DNA from: a virus
Reading direction: 5' to 3' (one strand)
DNA: 64,000 bases
IMG/VR virus record: IMGVR_UViG_3300020438_000001
Span: 1 to 64,000 of that record
The position numbers and the translations under genes are program-made. Positions 34,216-44,336 of this stretch are shown here, one piece after another. Each line of letters begins with the position of its first letter. Position 1 is the stretch's first letter. The notes beneath the pieces are model-generated. The model worked only from the letters and a program-made list of their open reading frames with translations, did no database searches and was not told where the DNA came from.

Positions 34216-37200
34216 TTATTTAGCTGCCTTAAAGTAATTCTTTAGCTGTTCTTCTAATTCTGGGTGAGCTTTGATTAAAGCTTCTAAATCAATTCCTCCA
34301 GTTTCAGTTTTATATTTCTGTACATCTGGATATATATCATCTAACAAACCTTTTAATTGCTCATCTCTATTTATCATTCCTTCCATTTGTTGTCTTAACT
34401 GATTTGCTCCAGATAAACCTTCCCACCCTTTAGCTGTAAAGGCTTCTACTGCTGCTTTGTTTTGAGAGTTAATACCTGTTCTTCTAATTCTTTCAGCTCT
34501 ATCATTCTCTCCAGCTTTATTTAAATAGTCTGCTAATACCATTACATTAGCTTGGTTAGACTCTGCGGCAGCTTCATATGCAGCAGCGTCAGCGTCTTGT
34601 TTAAATATCTGCCCTCGAAGTAATGTATTCATAGCATTTGCGCTACTACCATCTGACATATCACTAGCTAAATATTTAAGATTATTAAACGTTTCTTCGT
34701 TTGTTGTTAGTTCTTGACTAATATCTTTTTTAGTAAGGCCTCTTAATAATTGTTCAACTTCTTCATCATTTCGATTAGCTTGGAATTCCTCTACTTCTGG
34801 AGACTCATTTCCTTTAGCAAAATTATACATAGTAGGAGCTAGATTTAACATAGTATTTCCTATATCTCCTAATATCTTTTTATTCTTCATATAATTTTGT
34901 TGCTCTTCTATTAATGCTGCTGCCTTGTCTTCAGGAGTCATTTCTTTCTTTTCTGCTTCTACTTCTAAATTAGCTGCATCTATTTTAGCTTTCTTCATCT
35001 TTTCTTTTTCTGTCAGTGTAGCAGCTAATTCTGGATCAGTACCTTTTGCTATTAAATCATTATAAAAAGTTTTAAAGTATTTTCTTGCACTCATATTCGA
35101 CTCTGCGCCAAAGTTTTCTGACCAATCACCAGACAGTCCGCTATTATACATAGTCCATGCAGCTTTATCTTGTTGTAACTTAAGCTTACCTTCATCAGTC
35201 ATTGATGTTGATGAGGTTGTTGTACCATCTTCATTTTCTACTTCAGTAGTTGTTAGGTAATTTTTTCTTTTAGGTTTTCCATCTAAACCTGTAGCGTCTT
35301 TTATATGAGCACTTCTCTTCGTTTCGTAATCACTGAGTATAGCAGATCTTAAATTTTTAGGATTTAAATAAGTTTCGTCATTAAATGTTACACCTTCTTC
35401 ATTAAAGTTTTCTGTTAATACATTTAATAAATCTCTATTATTAGGAGTATAATTTCTACCTAAATCAAATGTCGTCTCTTCTACTTCTCCAAATAATCCA
35501 GACTCTGTTAAATCAGAAGCATAAGTATTAAAATTAAATGGATCAAATTCATCATGAGAACCTCCATGGTTGTAATGAGGTAATCCATATTTAGCTCCTA
35601 TAAGTTGTTGATCTTCAGGGCTTAACTGAGACATATCAATATTACCCATTGGATTATCTTGCTCCATAGGCATATCAGGTTGTTGTTGTTGTAGCGCCTG
35701 CTCTGCTAACATCTGCTCAGTTAAGTCGGGAAAGTTTTGCATTAGTGTTTCTTGATCCGCTCCACTATTAACCATTTCCATAAACTTACCTTTTCTCGCA
35801 GTTTCTTGTTCTTGTTTTAAATCAGATAGTTTTTGTGTCCAAGCTTGAATCATAGACTCAGCGGTAGACTTTGTTATATCATCCCCTTCTTTTGAAGCTT
35901 CTGTATACTTCTCTATATTCTTTGCAATCTTTTCAGCGGCATCAGAAAAACTAATATTACCCCACTTCTCTGATTTTAATTCATTAGAGAATACATATTG
36001 GTCTCCTTCTCCCTCTACGACTTCACCCCCATTATCATGACTAGATCCTTCTAGTTTAGAAACCATTTCATTAGCTCCTAAAGATTCCATATTACCAGTC
36101 GTACTAGGTTGATTACCAGGCTCATGCATAATAACTTCACCGCCTTCAGCTTCATACTGTGCTGGTGCTTGTCCTCCTTGAGCCATAGCTTGTTCTCCAG
36201 CCATTCCAGTTGATTGCATTAAAGCCGTTGTTCCATAAGGGCTTCTTACTCCCATTGCTTCAGATCTCATATTAGGTAAAGCCATTCCAGGTCCTAAAGT
36301 CATAGCTCCTCCACCACCAAAAGCCATTTTAGTTTTATTTCGTAAATCCATTCCTGACTCTATTTCTGTAGGTCCGGTCATCATATCTTTCATACTATCC
36401 ATTCTCCCACCCATGTTAGCTTTAGGTAATCCTTTATAAGCTACAGGTAAATCTTTCATGTTACCTCCATAGTTAGCTAGAGCGTCTCCAGCTGGTATCT
36501 CTATCGGCATTACAGAGTCTCCTACTTCTCCAGCACCTCCACCCATACCTCCTGCAAGTTTACCCATTTCACCCGCAGCATATTTACTAACACCAGAGGC
36601 TGCAGTTTGTATCATTCTAGGTGCTAGATAATTTCCAAAGGTTGGCTTTACTTGAGTAAAACCAACTAATGAGTTTAATGCGTCTGTACGTGTCGATAGA
36701 TTTAAAGTTCCTTTATTTGCATTCGGGTCTGTAATAACATCTAGTGTTCCAGCTGCTTCTGAACCGTCTCTTCTGTTATCTATATATTGGTCTTGTTCTC
36801 CTTTGAATCCCCAAAGATCTGCTAAAAAATCTAAGCCTGAACCTAAACCTGGAAGTACGTAATCTAAGTTTTGTAGTAGATTACTATCTCCTATAGTTTG
36901 CCCAGCTTTAGTTCCCATATTTTCATTTCTATCATTTACTCCACTATAATCAGATCTGTTACCCCCACCTGCATAAGTATGTCCACCTTTATTATACATA
37001 GGTAAAACTTCTCCGCCATTACCATATTGAATTTTCTTTCCTCCATACATTGCAAATCCATTCTGCATATTTTTATAAGCTTCTGGGCTTATAGTGCTAT
37101 TCTTTTTAGATCTAGAAGTACCTGCTTTTTTTCTAGCATTCATATTAGCATAAAGACCACCACCATGTTTCATTTCAGGTCCTCCAATCATTTGCATACT

Positions 37201-37533
37201 AAGGCCTAAGTCTCTATTACTTTTATCTATATTCCCAAAACCATCTACTTCTCCTGAGAATAATGGCATTTCATTTCCTGGAAACTTAATATCGGATAAG
37301 AATAAACTTTTAAGTTGTTCTGGGTTACCAGAAGATTGCATAACATCTGATCGTTTAGCGTTCTTTGCAAACCACGCTTTAAATGTAGGGTCACTTATTG
37401 TATCTTGAGTATTATCTTTAGATGGGTCTCCTCCATTCTCATATCGTCTATATGCAGGAAGATTCGAAGAATTTGATCCTCCGAATTTCATCCAGTACGA
37501 GTTGCTTGCTTTCTTCTTTTTTTTATTTGCCAT
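34216..37533 (-). CDS. Large (1105 aa) Gly/Met-rich putative internal virion (ejection) protein
   Basis: Poly-Lys N-terminus (MANKKKKKAS). Repeated GGEV motifs (YGNGGEVLPM, EAEGGEVIMHE, HDNGGEVVEGE). A Gly/Met-rich low-complexity core and a charged helical C-terminal third. Confidence 0.7.
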   Translation of the reverse strand: MANKKKKKASNSYWMKFGGSNSSNLPAYRRYENGGDPSKDNTQDTISDPTFKAWFAKNAKRSDVMQSSGNPEQLKSLFLSDIKFPGNEMPLFSGEVDGFGNIDKSNRDLGLSMQMIGGPEMKHGGGLYANMNARKKAGTSRSKKNSTISPEAYKNMQNGFAMYGGKKIQYGNGGEVLPMYNKGGHTYAGGGNRSDYSGVNDRNENMGTKAGQTIGDSNLLQNLDYVLPGLGSGLDFLADLWGFKGEQDQYIDNRRDGSEAAGTLDVITDPNANKGTLNLSTRTDALNSLVGFTQVKPTFGNYLAPRMIQTAASGVSKYAAGEMGKLAGGMGGGAGEVGDSVMPIEIPAGDALANYGGNMKDLPVAYKGLPKANMGGRMDSMKDMMTGPTEIESGMDLRNKTKMAFGGGGAMTLGPGMALPNMRSEAMGVRSPYGTTALMQSTGMAGEQAMAQGGQAPAQYEAEGGEVIMHEPGNQPSTTGNMESLGANEMVSKLEGSSHDNGGEVVEGEGDQYVFSNELKSEKWGNISFSDAAEKIAKNIEKYTEASKEGDDITKSTAESMIQAWTQKLSDLKQEQETARKGKFMEMVNSGADQETLMQNFPDLTEQMLAEQALQQQQPDMPMEQDNPMGNIDMSQLSPEDQQLIGAKYGLPHYNHGGSHDEFDPFNFNTYASDLTESGLFGEVEETTFDLGRNYTPNNRDLLNVLTENFNEEGVTFNDETYLNPKNLRSAILSDYETKRSAHIKDATGLDGKPKRKNYLTTTEVENEDGTTTSSTSMTDEGKLKLQQDKAAWTMYNSGLSGDWSENFGAESNMSARKYFKTFYNDLIAKGTDPELAATLTEKEKMKKAKIDAANLEVEAEKKEMTPEDKAAALIEEQQNYMKNKKILGDIGNTMLNLAPTMYNFAKGNESPEVEEFQANRNDEEVEQLLRGLTKKDISQELTTNEETFNNLKYLASDMSDGSSANAMNTLLRGQIFKQDADAAAYEAAAESNQANVMVLADYLNKAGENDRAERIRRTGINSQNKAAVEAFTAKGWEGLSGANQLRQQMEGMINRDEQLKGLLDDIYPDVQKYKTETGGIDLEALIKAHPELEEQLKNYFKAAK

Positions 37534-37554
37534 TAGCGTCTATTCTAAAACCTA

Positions 37555-37585
37555 CAAAACTATTAAAAATATTTTATATATACAA
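37555..37585 (-). promoter_or_regulatory. Candidate Bacteroidota-type promoter (-33 TTG, 20-nt spacer, -7 TAGTTTTG)
   Basis: On the minus strand, TTG (37585-37583) is followed by 20 nt and then TAGTTTTG (37562-37555). The box ends 21 nt upstream of the ATG at 37533. It lies in the only 54-nt gap inside the giant-gene run. Confidence 0.35.
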
Positions 37586-37587
37586 CT

Positions 37588-40500
37588 TTATCTGAAAGAT
37601 TGTCTAAAAAATGTTTTAAAGTAATGTAGAATAAATTTTATATTTCTTGTATCTCCAAAGTCTGAATCAAAATTATTATAAATTAAGTCAACGAAAAGAT
37701 ACTTATCTCTCATTCTATCTTTAAATCTTCGTGTAGGATCATAATTGTAAACATTAAATATATCTGCATCTACTAAATTTTCATCCATTACGTTTCTTGG
37801 AATAGTCATTTGCCATTCTCTTTCTTTTTTTCTTATATTATCTCCTGGAACTAATGTAACATAATCAGACATTTGATAGTCTGTATAAAATCTTATTGTA
37901 TCAAAAGTGTCGTTACTTACATCAATAAGGTCTACAGTATTAGCATGGTTCCGTCCTATTCTTGGCATCATATCACCAGTTTGCCCTAGGCCTCCTTGCT
38001 GCGGCTCTTTTACCCATAAGCTCTCCATGTGGAAAGATATATTATCAAATGTTTTAGTTATAGGAGATTGCATATTAGAAATTAATGTTACCTTACTCTG
38101 GAAGATATTATTATAAAATTCTCCATATCTACCTACATTATGTAAATACATTTGATCACGGGTAAACTCTGTACTACCTTTTACACAATCATCTTCTGCA
38201 TTACCTGTAATAAAGAATGAACCACTATTAATATATATAGTAGGATTAAAATCATATAGAGATGTGTACCCACCAATCAATTCGCTATATCCTACTGTAA
38301 ATGATTTCTTTTCAACAGGACAACCTATCGTTATAGTTTGTGGATCAGTTAATGTTGTTAACACATTCCAATCATTACCAAAAGGATTTAAATTCCAGTT
38401 TTGAGGTATGAATATCATTACATCTCCTAATTGAAAATTATTTGGATTTGGGTTAGGTAATGGAAAATTAGGACATCCAAACCTTGAAATTATTATTCCA
38501 CGGTACGGCCCATAGTTTTCAATTATTATATTATCTAAAATTGGCCAATATTGTGGATCAGTACCAAAAGGATATTCATTACAACTTCTATTCATGCATT
38601 CACTGCACCCTTGGTTTTGTTCATATACCCCAAGAACAATACTACCTGGATTTGGATCGTAAGATCTAATAGGTAAAGTTTCTTTTTTATTATATCCTTT
38701 ATCATGGAATGTGTATAAAACTTCATTATTTTGTGAATCGTATGTACAAGTAACTCCCTCATTTAATATTGGGTTATCTCTTTTCATAATAGATCCAGAA
38801 AGATTATCTAAGAAATAAGAATGCATTCCTGTTATATCGGATAAAGGAGCTGTTCCTTCTGATCCATATCTAAATGCTTTTCTTTGTTTTATATCAAAAA
38901 AGTAAATATTAGAATCACTATTAGTTACTGCCCATTGTTGAGAAGCTCCATATCTTGTAGATATATATTGATAGTCTTGTATAAATGCACCTGCTCCTGA
39001 ACTTACTGTTCCTAACTGTAAAGCTGATCCATCTGAGGCTTGTACAACTGCAGTAGGATTTACTGCTAATGATCCAAAACCTACATCTTGGAAAAAATAC
39101 ATTGTATCATGTAATCTAGATAACTTGTTTATAGGGCCATATACTCCTTCTACATCTTTGTAATTATTATTTAAAAATGTAGCCCATGAATCAGCAGGCT
39201 CCCCATTAATTTTTGTTTCTGAATAATAAACTCGAGTATCAAACTCATCTCCTAAAGAAACATTAAATGGTTTAGGGAAATATGTTCTAATATCATTCTC
39301 ACATGTGTACCCTCCATTTAATTTATATTCATCATGTAGTCCTGTACCATTGTTAGGATAAGCATTAGATCCAGCCCCTTTGTTTGAAAAATGATAACCC
39401 ATTCTCCACATAATATTTTTATGATGTACCTCAGCTGGAAACATAACATTTCTTTGCATTCCATATTCTGCATCATCTGGTAAGTCTGTAAATCCAGCGG
39501 CATCTAAACTATCATAATTATCAAAATCAGTCTGACCCCAATTCTTTTCCATTAAAGTCAGATCGTATATCTGAGTAGTTGTATCTCCTCCCCATACATC
39601 ATGTACTAAAGGTAATCCAAGCGGAGTAGCATTAAGCCCTGAAGTTATAAGAGGCATAAAGTGTCCTGTAGACATGTAAGAGCTATTAGCTCTTGTAGAA
39701 TAAGTATTACCCCCATAAGGAGTTATATACCTTTCATAACTCATTGTTGCTTGAAAAGGTACAGCTTGATATTGTATAGGACTCGAACCAGCTGGCCATG
39801 ATCCGCAACCTTGTGTTAAACTTGATCCCATAAGATAGTGACTACTTATAAAATCTGTTTTTAAATTTAACAAAAACCCTTCACTACCAATACTACGAGG
39901 TCTCGAAGCTGGCCATGTAATCATACCCGCACCAGAACTATAACTAATAACATCATCTTGACTTCCTGGATTTGTAACATTAACAAAATCATACCCCATT
40001 GTAGGAACTGATGTTCCATCTATTCTTCCTCCATCAGAAACCCATGTACCCCAACTAATTTGTACTCTATCATTTAGTGGGTCTTGAGAATAAGCATTAG
40101 CAGGCATACCATTAAAATAAGAATAAAGTGCAGCATTTGCACCAGATCCAGGGATTCCCCCAATCTGTGTTACAGGATAATAATACTTATAATAATGATT
40201 TGCATACGTTCTCCAAATTGCCCCTGCTCCATTCATAGTTGAATTTAATCCCATAGTAGAATTAACCATAGGAAGAAAGATACTTTCTGTTTTAATATAA
40301 TCACCATCGGCAAGTGGAGTGTCTACACCTAGTCCTCCAGAATAATTAAGAGGGCTAGTTGGATCACTGTTCTGCCATCCTAATGGACCATATAATAATA
40401 CTTCTCTTTTTTGTGATTGGCATACTCTTGATCCAGACTGATACGAAGTTCCCCAGTATGGATAAAAATCACAGCAATCATCATTAGTTGCTCCTCCTCT

Positions 40501-43095
40501 ATTTAATAAACCTCCACCTCCACATGTTGCACCCCATACTGTAACTGCTGGAATTAGTACTGAACCATTATTACCAACTCCCCAATAGTTACTAACAGCT
40601 CCTGCTATACCATCCCAGTCGTTTTGAACCATTCGTAACCTATCAACATTCCTAACAAACCCCGTACCAAAACGAGACATATCTTTAATTGTTCTTTCTG
40701 ATCTTACAATAGAGTATCCTGTAATACCTAATGCAGCCACATTTATTCCAGATGTAGCCGGATCTAAATTAACAGTAAATTCAATACCAATATTATTAGT
40801 AGCTATTGTGCCTACCCACGGCATATTATTAGTACCATAATAACTAAAAGTAGGAGATCCAAATCCTGGTTGCCAATCTTCAATTTTAAAAAACCCAAAA
40901 GGAGTACCCGAACCAGAGCTATAAGAATAAGGAAACTTAATGTCACCAATCCAGTTAACAAAACTAGCCTGTCCTTTATTATTATAAAATACAATACCAA
41001 ATCTATAAGTCTCTCCTCTAGCATAACCCCCATATAAACTCCATTTATAAGGAGACTTATAATTATTAAATGTATTATTCATGGGATAATTTTGAACTGG
41101 TATACCTAAATTATCTATAGTATTAATACGTACTCCACCTGTAGCAAAACATCCTGATTGTGGTTGCGGATTATATCCTGTACAGCTTCCAATATTACTA
41201 TATAACCAATTACCAGCAATATCCGCAGAAACCCAATCACCATATTCAGTTATTTCATCTTGTAAGTGTTGATCTCTTATAAACTTATAGCTAATGTTTA
41301 CTCCTGTTCCACCTAAAACTTGACCATTACTTTGAAACATATACTGATCATTAGTTATCCAATTTGGGTTAGTTCCAGGATTCTCATCATTATAAAGGTT
41401 TATACAATCATGTTGTTCTGGAACTTCATCTACAGGAATAAAAGGGGCAACTGGATTAATTAAGTTAGTACCATCTAGTTGAACAGGTGCATCAGAACTA
41501 GAATCTAATATACATGTTTGTGGAGCAATAGGATTAGTAAAACCAGTAAATCTATATGCTCTAGCATCATACTCAACATTAAACGAAGTATTAGTTATAT
41601 TACCAAAAAATAATTTATTATCTTTTGATTCTAATGTTTTAACCCTTTCAAATGTTGTACCAATACCAGTTAAAAAATCTTCCATAGTTATTGGTATCCT
41701 ATCTTCTGATCCTGAAAGCGTTACCTCTAATACAGGTAATCCATTTGTTAATTGCGCAAATGAATATACAATAGCATTTGCTGGTATAGCATCTTTTCTA
41801 TAAACAGCTGCTAATTCTAAAAGCTCGTATGTTGTATCTAATCCATTTAATGTCCATGTTATAGCTTTTGATGTAACCTCTCCAGTTAGTGTATCTGGGT
41901 CTATACCACTTCCTTCTATTGTACAAAATGGGTTTTGATCATCACTTGCATATATAGGAACTAAATTAGAAAGAGGAGACCAATCTGTTACTAAACCTTC
42001 TGAATTTTTATATCTATAAGACAGTTGATATACTCCTGATTCTAGAGATCCTCCAATAGTTATTCTTGTTAGTATAGGAATCTGTAATCCTGTTTTAGGA
42101 GCTAAATCTAAAAATGCACAAGGCGTTGCCATCGCATCTGGATTAGCTACATTTAGTTTTCTAGGGGGATTAAAATTATCTGTCCAGTATATACCTTGAA
42201 TGTCTTTTTTCTCATACCTACCAATAGCTTCTATTGGATGTTGTTTACTAAAGTTTATACAAGCTTTTGCAGCATAAATACATTCTAAATAGATTTGATA
42301 CCCATTAAGATTTTGTATAGCGGTGTCTACATGAAGCTTCCAAATTTGTCCATTATCTCCAATAGCTGCTAAAGAATCTTCAGTAACATCGCCACTACCT
42401 GGATCCCAGTTTGTGGTGAATAAATATATATTATCTCTTAATGTTGTATATCCTATTATATCAAGATCACATTGTGGAAAAGCTAATGAATCTGTAAATG
42501 TATATCCACCGGTCATACTAACATTACTTACCTGATTTATAACAGGACTACCCTGTACAATAGGGCCTCCTAAATTTAATTCGGGGTCTACTAAATCTGG
42601 TTTTCCCCAGATAACAATTCTTTTAGAAGATTCATCAAAGACCCATAAAAATCCTGGCAGTCTATCTCTCAAATTACTAGGTGTAAAAGGAACACCATTT
42701 AAGAACCAAGGAGAACCTGCCGCATCTTTTAATTTTTCTGCTAATGTATTTATAGGATTACCCCCAGTACCACTAATAGTTATAGTCCATGTATCTACTC
42801 CTGCAGGCATCTGCACTACAATAGTAACAGTTGATACCCAAGGAACACCTGCTAATAAGGCAGCTGGATCTAAAGTAAATTCAAATACTGATGGGCTACA
42901 TGGTATTTTAAAAGCGAAATCATTTCCCTCTATATTAACTAATGCTGCTCCTTCCATCTCTGAACTAGCAACTACTCTAACATTCTTCGCATCATAATAC
43001 TGATCCGGTGAAAGAGCATACTTTGATATATCTTTGTTCATACCTTTTATAAAGGTATTTAAACTAATAGGGGGTTGGTTTCCTTGTTCTGCCAT
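37588..43095 (-). CDS. Large (1835 aa) virion structural protein (tail/nozzle-type; function not resolved)
   Basis: Uninterrupted ORF rich in Gly, Asn, Tyr and Trp, typical of beta-rich tail proteins. Its start overlaps the upstream stop by 1 nt (TAATG). Confidence 0.7.
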   Translation of the reverse strand: MAEQGNQPPISLNTFIKGMNKDISKYALSPDQYYDAKNVRVVASSEMEGAALVNIEGNDFAFKIPCSPSVFEFTLDPAALLAGVPWVSTVTIVVQMPAGVDTWTITISGTGGNPINTLAEKLKDAAGSPWFLNGVPFTPSNLRDRLPGFLWVFDESSKRIVIWGKPDLVDPELNLGGPIVQGSPVINQVSNVSMTGGYTFTDSLAFPQCDLDIIGYTTLRDNIYLFTTNWDPGSGDVTEDSLAAIGDNGQIWKLHVDTAIQNLNGYQIYLECIYAAKACINFSKQHPIEAIGRYEKKDIQGIYWTDNFNPPRKLNVANPDAMATPCAFLDLAPKTGLQIPILTRITIGGSLESGVYQLSYRYKNSEGLVTDWSPLSNLVPIYASDDQNPFCTIEGSGIDPDTLTGEVTSKAITWTLNGLDTTYELLELAAVYRKDAIPANAIVYSFAQLTNGLPVLEVTLSGSEDRIPITMEDFLTGIGTTFERVKTLESKDNKLFFGNITNTSFNVEYDARAYRFTGFTNPIAPQTCILDSSSDAPVQLDGTNLINPVAPFIPVDEVPEQHDCINLYNDENPGTNPNWITNDQYMFQSNGQVLGGTGVNISYKFIRDQHLQDEITEYGDWVSADIAGNWLYSNIGSCTGYNPQPQSGCFATGGVRINTIDNLGIPVQNYPMNNTFNNYKSPYKWSLYGGYARGETYRFGIVFYNNKGQASFVNWIGDIKFPYSYSSGSGTPFGFFKIEDWQPGFGSPTFSYYGTNNMPWVGTIATNNIGIEFTVNLDPATSGINVAALGITGYSIVRSERTIKDMSRFGTGFVRNVDRLRMVQNDWDGIAGAVSNYWGVGNNGSVLIPAVTVWGATCGGGGLLNRGGATNDDCCDFYPYWGTSYQSGSRVCQSQKREVLLYGPLGWQNSDPTSPLNYSGGLGVDTPLADGDYIKTESIFLPMVNSTMGLNSTMNGAGAIWRTYANHYYKYYYPVTQIGGIPGSGANAALYSYFNGMPANAYSQDPLNDRVQISWGTWVSDGGRIDGTSVPTMGYDFVNVTNPGSQDDVISYSSGAGMITWPASRPRSIGSEGFLLNLKTDFISSHYLMGSSLTQGCGSWPAGSSPIQYQAVPFQATMSYERYITPYGGNTYSTRANSSYMSTGHFMPLITSGLNATPLGLPLVHDVWGGDTTTQIYDLTLMEKNWGQTDFDNYDSLDAAGFTDLPDDAEYGMQRNVMFPAEVHHKNIMWRMGYHFSNKGAGSNAYPNNGTGLHDEYKLNGGYTCENDIRTYFPKPFNVSLGDEFDTRVYYSETKINGEPADSWATFLNNNYKDVEGVYGPINKLSRLHDTMYFFQDVGFGSLAVNPTAVVQASDGSALQLGTVSSGAGAFIQDYQYISTRYGASQQWAVTNSDSNIYFFDIKQRKAFRYGSEGTAPLSDITGMHSYFLDNLSGSIMKRDNPILNEGVTCTYDSQNNEVLYTFHDKGYNKKETLPIRSYDPNPGSIVLGVYEQNQGCSECMNRSCNEYPFGTDPQYWPILDNIIIENYGPYRGIIISRFGCPNFPLPNPNPNNFQLGDVMIFIPQNWNLNPFGNDWNVLTTLTDPQTITIGCPVEKKSFTVGYSELIGGYTSLYDFNPTIYINSGSFFITGNAEDDCVKGSTEFTRDQMYLHNVGRYGEFYNNIFQSKVTLISNMQSPITKTFDNISFHMESLWVKEPQQGGLGQTGDMMPRIGRNHANTVDLIDVSNDTFDTIRFYTDYQMSDYVTLVPGDNIRKKEREWQMTIPRNVMDENLVDADIFNVYNYDPTRRFKDRMRDKYLFVDLIYNNFDSDFGDTRNIKFILHYFKTFFRQSFR

Positions 43096-43850
43096 TATCC
43101 GATTAATCTTCTTTCTGAATTACCTAAATCTGTATAAAAAGTCTGATGTGCTGTTTGAGAAGGTTTTAGTTTAAGCCATTGTAATCTAATGTTATCCATC
43201 ATATCTAAGTTAGGCATATTAGCTGCACCTCTAGCTTGTTTAACATACCACTCCCAATCTCTCTGACTATCTCTGTAATGTGCTTCCGGGGATGCTCCTT
43301 TTCTCCAGTTAATTCTATCAAGCATCATAGTGATATAAGATTTAATAGCTCTTTTATAACTAACATGATCTGGTATCATTGGGAAACCTTCATGATCTAC
43401 TTTGATTCCTCTAAATGCTAATAAGATACATCCGGACTTAAAAGATGTAATAATAAAATTATCATTCATGTAATAACAATCTCCTCCTCCACCCAAGCTT
43501 CCTCCCATCTGCGGAAAGTTATCTTTATCTACTTCTTTACCATCAATAACATTTGTAGCTGTACTTGTAGGAGATGTAGAGATTGCACCAAAAGTACCAG
43601 TACATTGATGTAAAGGATGCCCCTTATATGAAACAGAGTCAGATAAATGTAGGTTGCAAGGAAGTGGGGCTCTGTGATCTTTAACACAAATTTCAGCTAC
43701 TAGCTCTTCATATTGCAAGCCTGCTCCAATAAGCTCTAAAGCTTCTCCTCCCCATTCTATTACATCCCAAATATCTAACTCTTCATAGATAGCGTTATCT
43801 CTATATACTCCTTCTATTATTTCATTTATTGATATAAATTTGTAAATCAT
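43095..43850 (-). CDS. Hypothetical virion-module protein
   Basis: 251-aa ORF, translationally coupled to the 1835-aa gene. Confidence 0.65.
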   Translation of the reverse strand: MIYKFISINEIIEGVYRDNAIYEELDIWDVIEWGGEALELIGAGLQYEELVAEICVKDHRAPLPCNLHLSDSVSYKGHPLHQCTGTFGAISTSPTSTATNVIDGKEVDKDNFPQMGGSLGGGGDCYYMNDNFIITSFKSGCILLAFRGIKVDHEGFPMIPDHVSYKRAIKSYITMMLDRINWRKGASPEAHYRDSQRDWEWYVKQARGAANMPNLDMMDNIRLQWLKLKPSQTAHQTFYTDLGNSERRLIG

Positions 43851-43859
43851 TAGCGTTAT

Positions 43860-44336
43860 TTATTCATAGTAATCAACTTTCTTTTCTTTTAATAACGAGG
43901 CTAATCGTCTCTTATTAGTTCTCGTTGCTTGGAAACTGTACACACTTTTGTTTTTAACTATTGCATTTTTCTTAGACCATAACCATCTGTAATTAAATCC
44001 ATCAGTATGATCATTTAAATGATATATTACTTTTTTATGTTTATTAGTTTCTTTCCAATTTATTTTTAATTTATTCTTATTTACAGAATAATTCATTTCT
44101 TTTTTTAAAATTCTTAAACTCCCTAATCTATAAGGAATTTTAAACTCTTTAGCTTTTAGAAGTATGTCATTGATAACTAGTTTATTAAACTCTTCACATA
44201 TACTTCTATATTTTTTATAACCAACCTTATAAAAATCATCATACTCTTTATAAGCTTGAACTAATGTACAACTAGTTGCCGGCTTGTTGTCTAGTAGGTC
44301 CTGGCAATCTGTCTCCATTTGCATTATTTGTTTCAT
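43860..44336 (-). CDS. Hypothetical basic (Lys-rich) protein
   Basis: 158-aa ORF that overlaps the upstream gene by 65 nt, so the start is uncertain. Its composition differs from the neighbouring structural genes. Confidence 0.5.
   Translation of the reverse strand: MKQIMQMETDCQDLLDNKPATSCTLVQAYKEYDDFYKVGYKKYRSICEEFNKLVINDILLKAKEFKIPYRLGSLRILKKEMNYSVNKNKLKINWKETNKHKKVIYHLNDHTDGFNYRWLWSKKNAIVKNKSVYSFQATRTNKRRLASLLKEKKVDYYE

Noticed and set aside
37517-37524. Homopolymer tracts as phase-variation switches: T8 at 37517-37524 in codons 4-7 of the 1105-aa gene, T9 at 13905-13913 and A8 at 14183-14190.
   Set aside because: These simply encode Lys or Phe runs in an AT-rich genome. There is no evidence of alternative frames that would restore an ORF after slippage.
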